Translations under genes and position numbers: made by a program
Part shown: in pieces, positions 21,114 through 30,261 of the stretch
How positions within the stretch are numbered: the first letter of the stretch is position 1
Layout of the letters: each line of letters starts with the position of its first letter
NCBI GenBank assembly: GCA_046328335.1
Contig: JAXLWU010000007.1
Location: forward strand, 4,094-68,093
DNA from: Thermomicrobiales bacterium
GTDB taxonomy: Bacteria; Chloroflexota; Chloroflexia; Thermomicrobiales; UBA6265
Direction of reading: 5' to 3'
Length of the DNA: 64,000 bases
Notes under the pieces: generated by a model
The model's input: only the letters and a program-made list of their open reading frames with translations
Told to the model about the DNA's origin: nothing
The model's database searches: none

Positions 21114-22046
21114 TCAGGTGACCGGCGGGTTCCGCCAGACTTGGCAGACCCAATCTTCGCGCTCATCGCGGCGAACCATTTCCAGACCTCGTGCCAGAAA
21201 TGCCTCGTGAACGCCGTCCTCCTTGATGTCGATGATGCCACCCAGAATGAGCGTTCCCCCGGGCCGGATGGCGGCGACGAGCGGATCGGCCAACTCGGTG
21301 AGAATCCGTGCGATGATGTTGGCGACCACCAGATCGTATTCACCCTGGAAAGGCGCATCAGGGCCAACGCTGCCGAGTTCGGCGCGAACGATATCACCTA
21401 CCTGATTCCGCTCGGCATTCTCGCGCGAGGCGCGCACCGCGACCGGTTCGATGTCGACGCCATCGACCGCGGCGGCGCCGAGTTTGGCCGCGGCGATCGC
21501 GAGCACGCCGGAGCCGATGCCGACATCGAGCATGCGGTCTCCCGGCTGCAAACAGTCTTCGAGCGCGATCATACACAGTTGGGTCGAGGGATGCAGACCC
21601 GTGCCAAACGCCATGCCGGGATCGAGTTCGATCACGACGTCTTCCGGGTTTGCCGGCCGATCGTGCCAGGGAGCCCGGACGCTGACGCGCCTGCCGACGC
21701 GGTGAATGGAGTAGTGGGCTTTCCAGGCGTTGGCCCAGTCCTCCTCGGCGCGTTCGCTGATCTGGAGGTCGCCGATCGGACGCAGCCGGCCGAGATACCA
21801 AAGACCTTGCCGGATTGCCGCAATCGTGTCCGGGGCAACGTCAGCGGCATGGAGAAAGGTCCGCACCGTCACGGGGCGGGTGGGATCGACCGCGAAGTTG
21901 TCTCCGTCGGGATCCTGCGTAAATGGCTCCTCGATGACGACGCCGCCATTGAAGCCGCGGCTGGCAAACAATTCGGAGACCGATTCGACCGACTCGGCGT
22001 CGCAGGTGACGGCCAGTTCGAGCCATTCCTTCGGGGTTTCAGGCAT
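21114..22046 (-). CDS. prmA: Ribosomal protein L11 methyltransferase
   Basis: PrmA-like N-terminal domain (WLELAVTCDAESVESVSELF). SAM-binding block LDVGIGSGVLAIAAAKLGA. 310 aa. Confidence 0.85.
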   Translation of the reverse strand: MPETPKEWLELAVTCDAESVESVSELFASRGFNGGVVIEEPFTQDPDGDNFAVDPTRPVTVRTFLHAADVAPDTIAAIRQGLWYLGRLRPIGDLQISERAEEDWANAWKAHYSIHRVGRRVSVRAPWHDRPANPEDVVIELDPGMAFGTGLHPSTQLCMIALEDCLQPGDRMLDVGIGSGVLAIAAAKLGAAAVDGVDIEPVAVRASRENAERNQVGDIVRAELGSVGPDAPFQGEYDLVVANIIARILTELADPLVAAIRPGGTLILGGIIDIKEDGVHEAFLARGLEMVRRDEREDWVCQVWRNPPVT

Positions 22047-23020
22047 CAGTTGGACACCACGGCGTCATCGCCGATATTGAAACTACCGGTGACCCCGTTC
22101 AGCCTGGCGCGGCGCCCAACGAGCGACCCACTGACAAGCGATCGGCTAATCATGGCCCGGTCGTCGACAATGCTGTCCCGCACCACGCTATCGCGTACGG
22201 ATACGCCGTGACCGATGCTGGCGTAGGGACCGATCACGGAGTTTTCAATCGTCGCGTCCGGGGCCACGACTGACGGGGCGATGATCGTGGCGCCATCACC
22301 GCGGGACCGTTCGGCGCCGACCCGATCGAGCAGATAGCGGTTCGTATTGAGAAGGTTTTCGGCGTTGCCGCAGTCTTCCCAGTCCGAGACCGGCATGGAC
22401 ACGACTCTGGCGCCCGCGTCGATCATCAGTTGGATGGCGTCGGCGATGAAGTACTCGTTCTTGAGGGAGAGCCCGCGTTCCATCTGTTCCTCGATCGCGG
22501 TGTACAGATCCTCGACATTGCGCACGTAGTAGATGCCGATCACCGCGAGTTTCGAGATCGGATCCTGCGGCTTTTCGATGAGCCGCACGATCAGCCCATC
22601 CTCGACGACGGCGATGCCGAGCGCGGAGGGATCGTCGACCTCTTTGGTGAACATCACCACGTCGGCATCGGTGCTGGTCAGCCCGGAGAAGTCCGCCTCG
22701 AAGAGCATGTCCGGAAAGAGGATCAGCGCGTCCCGCTCCACGAGCCCGCGGGTGCGGATGATGGCGTCGGTCTGTCCTTTCATTTCCGGCTGCTCGACAA
22801 AAGCCACCGGCACGTCCAGGCGATCGCGCGCCCAGCGCTCGATCTGATCGCCGAGGAACCCGGTGATGAACACGATCTTTTCCGGCTGCAGCGGCAGGAC
22901 CCGGTCCAGCACATGTTCCAGCATCGGTTTGCCCGCGACCGGCACCAGCGGTTTTGGCTTGGTCCATGTCTGCGGCCGCAATCGGCTGCCCAGCCCGGCA
23001 ACAGGAAGAATGATGTCCAC
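22046..23020 (-). CDS. Sugar-1-phosphate nucleotidyltransferase with a C-terminal left-handed beta-helix domain
   Basis: ORF trimmed to the GTG at 23018-23020, preceded by GGAGGA. Contains ILPVAGLGSRLRPQTWTKPKPLVPVAGKPMLEHVLD, the NTP_transferase signature. Hexapeptide-like repeats at the C-terminus. Confidence 0.8.
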   Translation of the reverse strand: MDIILPVAGLGSRLRPQTWTKPKPLVPVAGKPMLEHVLDRVLPLQPEKIVFITGFLGDQIERWARDRLDVPVAFVEQPEMKGQTDAIIRTRGLVERDALILFPDMLFEADFSGLTSTDADVVMFTKEVDDPSALGIAVVEDGLIVRLIEKPQDPISKLAVIGIYYVRNVEDLYTAIEEQMERGLSLKNEYFIADAIQLMIDAGARVVSMPVSDWEDCGNAENLLNTNRYLLDRVGAERSRGDGATIIAPSVVAPDATIENSVIGPYASIGHGVSVRDSVVRDSIVDDRAMISRSLVSGSLVGRRARLNGVTGSFNIGDDAVVSN

Positions 23021-23124
23021 GGTTCCTCCGCGTGAAATTGCCGTCCCATTCGGGACGGCTCGCTCCGGACAGTCGAAACGTTGTCCGCACTCTACCAAAC
23101 GGCGACCCGGCGCCAAGGCGCGGG

Positions 23125-23670
23125 TCAGTTCTGGGACCGCGGGGTGCGGTCAAAGGGAAAACTGGCGGTACCCCGGTCGATTCCCGCCCAGACGAGGGCC
23201 TGGTCGAGTGCGCTGTAACCTGCCCGCATGATCGGCGCCGGTAGCCGGGCGGCGTTGACCGCATCGCGGGAGTCCGCTGTCAGTGGCGCCGCTGTCACCG
23301 CCAGCAGCACCAAGAAGACGATGGCGACGCCGCGGACCGCACCGAGCGCCATACCGAGCAGACTATTCAGCCACCCGAGAACCGAGCCCGTACCCAGCCG
23401 TGAGACCGACCCGAGCAGGATGCGTGCCGCCACCCCGAGCACGCCAAGCGCAGCCAGGAAGATAGTGAAAAACCCGATCATTGCCGCCACCGTCCCGAGT
23501 CCCTCGATCCGCCCGAGCGGCGAGGCGGCGACCGGAGCCAGTTGATAGGCGACGAATAGCGCGACGGCGAAGAGCAGGAGGTCGACGATGCCGAGGAACA
23601 ATCCCCGTGTCAATCCGCGGACAGCGAACAGCCCGATGACGATGAGGATCATCAGATCGACGACGTTCAT
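23125..23670 (-). CDS. cvpA: CvpA family membrane protein
   Basis: ORF trimmed to the ATG at 23668-23670. 181 aa with four hydrophobic segments. The N-terminus MNVVDLMILIVIGLFAVRGLTRGLF is typical of CvpA. Confidence 0.7.
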   Translation of the reverse strand: MNVVDLMILIVIGLFAVRGLTRGLFLGIVDLLLFAVALFVAYQLAPVAASPLGRIEGLGTVAAMIGFFTIFLAALGVLGVAARILLGSVSRLGTGSVLGWLNSLLGMALGAVRGVAIVFLVLLAVTAAPLTADSRDAVNAARLPAPIMRAGYSALDQALVWAGIDRGTASFPFDRTPRSQN

Positions 23671-23873
23671 CAGCAGGATTGCCTTTGTCGCGCGGGTCTC
23701 GATCCACCCCAGCGGCAGTGATGCTGCCGTGACGTGTGCATCGTAGCCGGATGCCGCGAGAGCATGCGGCCGCAACCGGAGCGAATGGTCATCTCCGTTC
23801 CCCAACTCAGCGCCCCTGCGCGATCTTAACAGTAGATGTAACAGTTGGCGTGGTAGGCCCTGGGGAACATCGC

Positions 23874-23879
23874 TACAAT
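23874..23879 (+). promoter_or_regulatory. Candidate -10 box TACAAT upstream of the first sulfotransferase gene
   Basis: AT-rich hexamer in a GC-rich intergenic region, 53 nt before the ATG at 23932. No convincing -35. Confidence 0.3.
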
Positions 23880-23931
23880 GACCGCCGCGATCCTGAGTTC
23901 GCGACGTGTGGTGGAGGAACGACGAGACAAC

Positions 23932-24792
23932 ATGACTGGAGCGAATATCCTCGTGACGGGGACACCCCGCTCCGGGACGACCTTGACGTGCCATCTGCTC
24001 AACAAATTGCCGGATACCCTGGCGCTGCACGAACCGATGAAGGTCAAGTACTTCGAATCGTTGCCTCCTGATTCCGTCGTCGCGATGATCGAGCAGTTTT
24101 GTGTCGGGCAGCGCGCCTCAGCCATTCGTAACAAGCGGGTGGTCTCCAAAAACGTCGATGGCGTCGTCCCCGACAACCCGATCGGTGAAGGCCGGTCCGA
24201 CGCGGGCTACCGCATGAGCATCGCCTCCAAGGGCGCGATTCGCATTGACAAGGACCTCTCCCCCGATTTCACCCTGGTCATCAAGCACAACTCCTCGTTC
24301 ACCGCGATGCTGGGAACACTGGTGCAGCATTTTCCGGTGTTCGGCGTGATCCGCAATCCGCTCGCGACCCTGGCATCGTGGAGCAGCGTGAATTTCAACG
24401 TGCGCATGGGGTATGCGAAGGCGGCGGAGCGACTGGATGAAACGCTCACGCAGCGGCTGGCCGCGATCGAGGACGATCTCGATCGGCAGCTCTGCTTGCT
24501 CGACTGGTTTCACCGTCAATACCGGACCCATCTCCCGGAGTCGTCGGTCCTGCGCTATGAGACGGTGGTCGAATCGGGGGGGCGGGCGTTGCGGGTCGTC
24601 AAGCCGGAGGCGGACCAATTGGATGAACCGATGGTCAGCCGCAACACCAGCAAACTCTACGACCACGACGGCATGCTGCAGATCGGAGAGCGCCTCCTGA
24701 AGAGCGATGGCGCCTACTGGGAGTGGTACACGCGGGAAAGTGTCGCTGAGTTGCTCGAACATGTGAGTCACGCGCCGCAGGAGGCGATGTGA
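23932..24792 (+). CDS. Sulfotransferase, family A, copy 1
   Basis: ATG at 23932. Has a 5'-PSB-like loop ILVTGTPRSGTTLTCHLLN and a 3'-PB-like IRNPLATLASW. Paralogous to 25611..26462 and 32035..32883. Confidence 0.7.
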   Translation: MTGANILVTGTPRSGTTLTCHLLNKLPDTLALHEPMKVKYFESLPPDSVVAMIEQFCVGQRASAIRNKRVVSKNVDGVVPDNPIGEGRSDAGYRMSIASKGAIRIDKDLSPDFTLVIKHNSSFTAMLGTLVQHFPVFGVIRNPLATLASWSSVNFNVRMGYAKAAERLDETLTQRLAAIEDDLDRQLCLLDWFHRQYRTHLPESSVLRYETVVESGGRALRVVKPEADQLDEPMVSRNTSKLYDHDGMLQIGERLLKSDGAYWEWYTRESVAELLEHVSHAPQEAM

Positions 24793-24893
24793 CTGGAGCC
24801 ACGGGTGGCGCGACCGAGGAAGCATGTCGTGGTTGATCAGCTGCGAGAGCGCGTCTTCTCTTTGAGCCGGAGCCTGGTGAGGATCTGTGTGCG

Positions 24894-26462
24894 ATGACCT
24901 ATTCGCTGCAAGAATTGGGAATCAAGTACGGGTCTGAGAAAGTCACGCACGGGTTCCTGGCACAGTACGAGCCGTTGATGGCGCCGTTTCGCGACCAGGT
25001 CTTCGATCTTCTCGAAATTGGCGTCAAGAACGGCGCCTCGATCCGCATGTGGCACGAGTATTTCCCGAAGGCCCGCATCATCGGGCTGAACCCCGAATTG
25101 GTCACGCTTGCCGACGAGGAATACCTCCCGCGCTACTTTTTTCACCGGGGACGTCAGGACGACGAGGCGGCGCTGCGCGAAATCGCCAAGACGAGCAGCC
25201 TCCGCGTCGTCATTGACAACGGCAGTCCCTTATGGGTCGATCAAATCAAGACATTCCAGGTACTTTTTCCGTTTCTCGAGCCGGGCGGCGTCTATGCCTG
25301 CGAGAACGCCTACACCAGTTTTGGACCCCATGCCAGCCGATGTCGTGACTCAGCGACGGAATCCGCCGCGCAGCACTTCCTCCACCTTGGGGCGGGTCTG
25401 ATCTCGGACCGCCCCACCGAATTTATGCCGACGCATGTGGACTCCGGGAAATCGCTCTTGCGTAAAGTGCGCAGCATTGTCTGCCTGCCGCGATGCGTCA
25501 TCGTCACGCGCGAGGCGAAGGGTACGACGAAGGACCGCCGCGGTGAGCGGTTGGGAATGAAGACGCGGGACGTGCCCCTCCTGACCGGCACGCAGCGGAC
25601 GATCGATCCCAGAAACATCATCCTGACGGGACTACCCCGGTCTGGAACGACCTTGACGTGCAGCCTGCTGAACAAGCTCCCCGATACGGTCGCCTTACAT
25701 GAACCGATGCAGGGCCGTCATGTGGCCGGGGACATGCCGTTGTCGAGTCGCAGTCGGCTCGTTCAGCAGTTTTTTCAAGAGCAACGGGATTCGATGCGGA
25801 ATCAAGGTGTGGCCAAGTCCCGCACGCTGGCCGGCGACGTTCCTGAGAATCCGTTCGGCTTGCAGTTCACCGACGAAGGTCTCCGCCAGCAACTTGATAC
25901 GAAAGGCGAGATTGTCGTCGACAAGGAGTTGTCACCAGATTTCAAGCTCGTAATCAAGCACATTGCGTCGTTTGCCGCGATGCTCGAAGACCTCGTCGCC
26001 CGTTTTCCGGTGTATGCGCTGGTTCGGAATCCCCTGGCGGTACTGGCTTCCTGGTCCACACTTGATGCCGCGCTGCAATATGGGCGCCTGGGGCCGGCGG
26101 AACGGCTTCAACCGGAACTGGCTGCCCGCCTGGATGCCATCGACGACAGTGTCGACCGGCAGATCGTATTGCTTGACTGGTTTTTCGCGCAGTTTGACCG
26201 GTATCTCCCCCCGGCAGCGATCCTTCGCTATGAGACCGTGATCGAGACCGGCGGACGGGCGCTGGCGGTGATCGAGCCAGAAGCGGCGAACCTGGGCGAG
26301 GCCCTCTCGAGCCGCAACGCCAGTGAGTTGTACGAACGCGACTACGTCCTGGACGCAGGACGCCGCTTACTTGCATCCGATGGCGCGTTCTGGCGCTACT
26401 ACTCCAGGGAGAGCGTAAGTGCACTGATGGCGGAGTTCGAAGGTGCTCTTGCGCGGCGCTAA
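24894..26462 (+). CDS. Fusion protein: class I SAM-methyltransferase-like N-domain plus family A sulfotransferase C-domain (copy 2)
   Basis: The N-domain has YGSEKVTHGFLAQYEPLM...LLEIGVKNGASIRMWHEYFPKARIIGLNP, a SAM motif-I-like region (about 24894..25500). The C-domain starts near 25611: IILTGLPRSGTTLTCSLLN ... VRNPLAVLASW. Confidence 0.7.
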   Translation: MTYSLQELGIKYGSEKVTHGFLAQYEPLMAPFRDQVFDLLEIGVKNGASIRMWHEYFPKARIIGLNPELVTLADEEYLPRYFFHRGRQDDEAALREIAKTSSLRVVIDNGSPLWVDQIKTFQVLFPFLEPGGVYACENAYTSFGPHASRCRDSATESAAQHFLHLGAGLISDRPTEFMPTHVDSGKSLLRKVRSIVCLPRCVIVTREAKGTTKDRRGERLGMKTRDVPLLTGTQRTIDPRNIILTGLPRSGTTLTCSLLNKLPDTVALHEPMQGRHVAGDMPLSSRSRLVQQFFQEQRDSMRNQGVAKSRTLAGDVPENPFGLQFTDEGLRQQLDTKGEIVVDKELSPDFKLVIKHIASFAAMLEDLVARFPVYALVRNPLAVLASWSTLDAALQYGRLGPAERLQPELAARLDAIDDSVDRQIVLLDWFFAQFDRYLPPAAILRYETVIETGGRALAVIEPEAANLGEALSSRNASELYERDYVLDAGRRLLASDGAFWRYYSRESVSALMAEFEGALARR

Positions 26463-26580
26463 GAGGAGCGCTTGGCTCGATTCAGGTCGCCATTTCCCCG
26501 TGTGCTTTCCCGCCGCGTGCGAGTTGACAATCTGGACGCGGTGACGAGCGCGCTTCTGAACACCTAGCGGCCCGGAGACC

Positions 26581-28419
26581 ATGGTGGATGCGTCACAGAC
26601 AAGGTGGCAACAAGTGAAGCCCGCGGTGACAGCAAAGCCAACGCGCGCGCGCTATGCCGTCCCGGCGGTGATCGCGCTTGCCATCGTCGGATTCCTGCTA
26701 CGGCTCGCGATCGGCCGGCAGTTGCCCCTGTGGATCGACGAGGCGTTTTCCGTGCTGGCCATCAACCAGACAGCCCACAGTGGGACACCTGTGCTCCCTT
26801 CAGGCGTTCTCTATTTGCATGGCGCTACGCTCTCATATCTGATGGCGCCGCTTGTCGCCCTGGGCTGGATCCAGCCGCTGGATTACGAAGCGATGCGGCC
26901 AATCAGCGCGCTGGCTGGCGCGGTCGCCATCGTTTTGATCTACCTCCTGGCGCGCACAGTCCGGTTGCCGGAAGGAGCCGCGGTGATTGCGGCCGCGCTC
27001 CTGGCTTTGGATCCCGTCACCGTCCAATGGGGCGGCTATATCCGGATGTACGAGCTGCAACAGGTGTTTACGATCGGGGTGGCGCTTGCGTTCTTCCATG
27101 CGCTTAGCGCTGACAATTCCGGTTCCGCAGGTCAGGTAACCCGGTGGGCGCTGCCCGGACTAGTTGTGCTCTTCTGGATGGCCGTCTTTACCCATCTCTC
27201 CGCGGCGCTTCTCTGGCCGTTCATGGCCCTCGCGGCGCTGCTCGTCTACGGTAGGAAACTGTTCTCCAGGTACCGTCCACTGCTCGCGGCGCTGGGGGCC
27301 GCGGCGCTGGCGCCGCTTACGCTGGTGTTGCTGTCCTCGAATCTGGGACCGGGCGCGGGAACGAAGATACCGGGGAACACTGAAGGTCTTCCGGGGGTCA
27401 GTTTCCTGGGCGAAGACAAGATTCGCTTCGACCAGTTCATCCACCCGGATCCCTCGGTCTGGACCTCGCTCTTCGGGCCCGGTCCGCTCGAACTGATCAT
27501 GCCACTGCTGGTCACCGCCGCATCGGCCGCCGTCTTTGTGCTGCTCTTCATCCCGGATTTCTTGCCTCGGAGTCCGACATGGTCGAAAGCGCTCCTCGGT
27601 GCCTTGCTCCTCCTCCACTGGGGCCCGATCGTTGTTTTCGCGATGGTATCTGGACCCGTTGCTGATCGCTACGGCTTGCTCCTGATTCCGTATGGGTACG
27701 TGATCGTTGCGGCGTTTCTGTACGCGCTGACAGTGCTCCCCTATGCCGATCCGCGCTCGAGAAATGCCGTCATCATCGGCTGGAGCGCGACCGCGGTTCT
27801 TACTGCCGCGCTTCTCCTACACATGGTCGTCGGAACGATCTGGCTGTTCCAACGGGTGCCAAAAAAAAGTGCCATGGAGCCCGCGCTCGAGTTTCTCGCC
27901 CAGCATCGCGAACCCACCGCGCCCATCGCGCTCACCATTCCGCCAGCGATGGCGAAACTCGTCCTAGGTAGCACCGATGGTCTCGTCTTCCTGGCAGGGG
28001 TAGAAGACAGCCAGCGCGTCCTGCGGTACACCCGGCTCACCGCCGCCGGAGAGCGCGTGGATTATTGGCTTGGCGGTCCGGCCCTTGGATCGACCAGAGA
28101 AGTCTGTTCGTTCCTTCGCCAATCCCCCGAAGGATGGCTGTTCATTACCGATTCAGCCTGGGAGCAGTGGGGTTTTGTCGGAGGCAAAGATCAACGAAAC
28201 AGCAAGATCGAAGAGATGCAGGCAATCATTTCCGCCGCGGGCAAGAGCGAGTTCGAGGATCCGGATGTTCGAGTTTTCCGCATCCTCCCCGAGGCGCAAT
28301 GGAAGCCCGGCGTGGATCAGTTGTGTCCGGTTGCGAAATCAGACAATCAGCGTCACAAGCCCGATCGCAACCGGGACGATCGCAAGCATCACGGCGTAAC
28401 GGCAGACAGCGCATCGTGA
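26581..28419 (+). CDS. Polytopic membrane glycosyltransferase, ArnT/PMT (GT39/GT83, PMT_2)-like
   Basis: 612 aa with more than 10 hydrophobic segments. Has the first-loop motif PLWIDEAFSVLAI (DE motif of the GT-C ArnT/PMT families). A soluble C-terminal domain of about 170 aa follows. ATG preceded by GGAG. Confidence 0.7.
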   Translation: MVDASQTRWQQVKPAVTAKPTRARYAVPAVIALAIVGFLLRLAIGRQLPLWIDEAFSVLAINQTAHSGTPVLPSGVLYLHGATLSYLMAPLVALGWIQPLDYEAMRPISALAGAVAIVLIYLLARTVRLPEGAAVIAAALLALDPVTVQWGGYIRMYELQQVFTIGVALAFFHALSADNSGSAGQVTRWALPGLVVLFWMAVFTHLSAALLWPFMALAALLVYGRKLFSRYRPLLAALGAAALAPLTLVLLSSNLGPGAGTKIPGNTEGLPGVSFLGEDKIRFDQFIHPDPSVWTSLFGPGPLELIMPLLVTAASAAVFVLLFIPDFLPRSPTWSKALLGALLLLHWGPIVVFAMVSGPVADRYGLLLIPYGYVIVAAFLYALTVLPYADPRSRNAVIIGWSATAVLTAALLLHMVVGTIWLFQRVPKKSAMEPALEFLAQHREPTAPIALTIPPAMAKLVLGSTDGLVFLAGVEDSQRVLRYTRLTAAGERVDYWLGGPALGSTREVCSFLRQSPEGWLFITDSAWEQWGFVGGKDQRNSKIEEMQAIISAAGKSEFEDPDVRVFRILPEAQWKPGVDQLCPVAKSDNQRHKPDRNRDDRKHHGVTADSAS

Positions 28420-28493
28420 CGATGTTCATTATTCACTGACGATGGCTTCCCGGAGTGCGATCGGGCGGTACTCCGACGCACCGGCGAGGGCGC

Positions 28494-30008
28494 CTATGCG
28501 TTGGCACGATCCCCACGCCGACCGCGACGTGGTTCTGCTTCAAGGTCGATTGACAACCTGTCCGCGAGCAACCGCGTCAGTTGCTCGGCCGTGGCGCCGC
28601 TGCACCGGCGCAAGATACGCGCCGCCGAGGCCGCGATGTCCCGGTGGTGGAGCACGCACTTGCTGACGCTGCGTTCGCCCGGCAACAGAGCGATGAACTG
28701 TGCGACCTGCTGTTCGACCGCCGCGGGATCTCGGGCGACATAGTACTGCGCCAGGGCCCAACTGAGCGGCCACGATTGCGGCGATTGCGCGACTGCCTCC
28801 CGCGCGAATTCCGGCGCCAGCGTATCTCCCCCCGGAATATCCTGGATCATCGAGTAGAGCCAGGCGTCATTGAAATCGTCTTGGAGCCCCTGCGCGCGAG
28901 CGGCAATCGAAGCGGCAACCCTCCTGTTGAGGAACCCACTGGCATCGAGGTACTCGAGGATGCGCGGCAGGTCGAGCAATAGCGGGGTCGTGTTCAACTG
29001 GGGACGGCCGCCGAGACCGAGGCAATTGCAGTAGGACGATGGCGCACCCGCCACCGCTGGACTCAGAAAATAATCTTCTCGCGGAATTCCCGCGGTCATG
29101 AAATGCAAGGTCGGTTCGTTCAATGCGAAGAACACGTTGTACGACGCGCTGCCCGCGCTGGTGAGGATTTGGCTGTGCTGGTTCACGAGGCGAACCTGGT
29201 CGCTGAACGTCATCGTCTCCGGATGGGCGATGCGAAATCCATTCTCCCGCAGTGCCTCTTCCAGTTCGAACTCGCCGACGATTTGCCGGCGCCCGCTCGG
29301 CAGGAGCCGGCGGCTGAGGTAGACCGGTTGATCGAGCCGGGAGGAGTCGCCAACGATGCGGGCCGCGACCTCACGAAATGGCCGCGGCATCCACTCATGT
29401 GCTCCGTAGGAGAGTTCGTACAGTGGCTCCGGGACGATGACCCGTCGTAACCGGGTAGGCCGCTCCAGGAACACGATCCGCTCCGGCGGAATGCCAAACG
29501 CGGCGAGGATCGTGCTGGTAATGCCAGCAGGCTCCGCCCCGGTCTTGCGATGAAAGACGACCTTGACTGACGGATCGACCTGATCGAGAAACCAGGTCCG
29601 CGTCAGCGATTCCATGAGAAAGTGGCCAAAATGGGTGAAGAACCATCCCAGATAGACCACCTCGCCCTTGAGTTCATCCACCGGCGCGATGTCCACAGAC
29701 TCGGCGATTCCGCCGCGCACCTGCGCCCCCCAGCGGAAACTTCGCCGGCGCGCCTGGGCGAATGAGACGGGTGACCCGTCGCTCGCGAGCAGGGCGCCTT
29801 GCGTGACGAATCGTCCGGGTCCGCGATCGGCCGCGGCGACTTTCGCGCCTGGGACAAAAATCGCGTTTTCGACGAACTCGTATCCCGGCTCTCCGCCGCG
29901 AATCTCGACCGCTCCAAGTCGTTCATCGAGCGTCTCGAGCAACCCGTCAAAACCGGACAGGGAAAACTGGTCGGTGTGGAGCGTTCGCGTCGGCCCGATC
30001 CGGACCAT
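28494..30008 (-). CDS. GT61/DUF563-like glycosyltransferase with a helical C-terminal extension
   Basis: Contains WFFTHFGHFLMESLTRTWF, VYLSRR and ENGFRIAHPETMTFSDQVRLVNQHSQILTSAGSASYNVFF blocks typical of DUF563. ATG preceded by GGAGG. Confidence 0.65.
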   Translation of the reverse strand: MVRIGPTRTLHTDQFSLSGFDGLLETLDERLGAVEIRGGEPGYEFVENAIFVPGAKVAAADRGPGRFVTQGALLASDGSPVSFAQARRRSFRWGAQVRGGIAESVDIAPVDELKGEVVYLGWFFTHFGHFLMESLTRTWFLDQVDPSVKVVFHRKTGAEPAGITSTILAAFGIPPERIVFLERPTRLRRVIVPEPLYELSYGAHEWMPRPFREVAARIVGDSSRLDQPVYLSRRLLPSGRRQIVGEFELEEALRENGFRIAHPETMTFSDQVRLVNQHSQILTSAGSASYNVFFALNEPTLHFMTAGIPREDYFLSPAVAGAPSSYCNCLGLGGRPQLNTTPLLLDLPRILEYLDASGFLNRRVAASIAARAQGLQDDFNDAWLYSMIQDIPGGDTLAPEFAREAVAQSPQSWPLSWALAQYYVARDPAAVEQQVAQFIALLPGERSVSKCVLHHRDIAASAARILRRCSGATAEQLTRLLADRLSIDLEAEPRRGRRGDRANA

Positions 30009-30117
30009 CCTTGGCCTCCGATGCTGACACGCCGCGCGAGACCAGGGGTCGGCGCGAGAGACAGACCAAGTCTACCGCCGAAAACGCTGCCACGGGCGCG
30101 GCCGGCTGAGCAGATCG

Positions 30118-30126
30118 TGATAGAAT
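30118..30126 (+). promoter_or_regulatory. Candidate extended -10 promoter element TGATAGAAT
   Basis: TGn+TAGAAT in the divergent intergenic region upstream of 30262..31203. The paralogous gene at 34649 also has TAGAAT upstream. Confidence 0.35.
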
Positions 30127-30261
30127 CAAGATCCGCGCCTGCTGCGGCTTTTCGCCTGCGCCGGCATCCATGAACACGTGTCAGCGTTATTGACGACCGC
30201 GGCGTGGCACTGTGCCATCGGCCACCATGAACGTGAACTCGAGCAACATCCTGGGAATTGC

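Noticed and set aside
24837-25145. 102-aa minus-strand ORF at the start of the methyltransferase-sulfotransferase gene
   Set aside because: It is antisense to a frame with clear methyltransferase motifs and has no features of its own.
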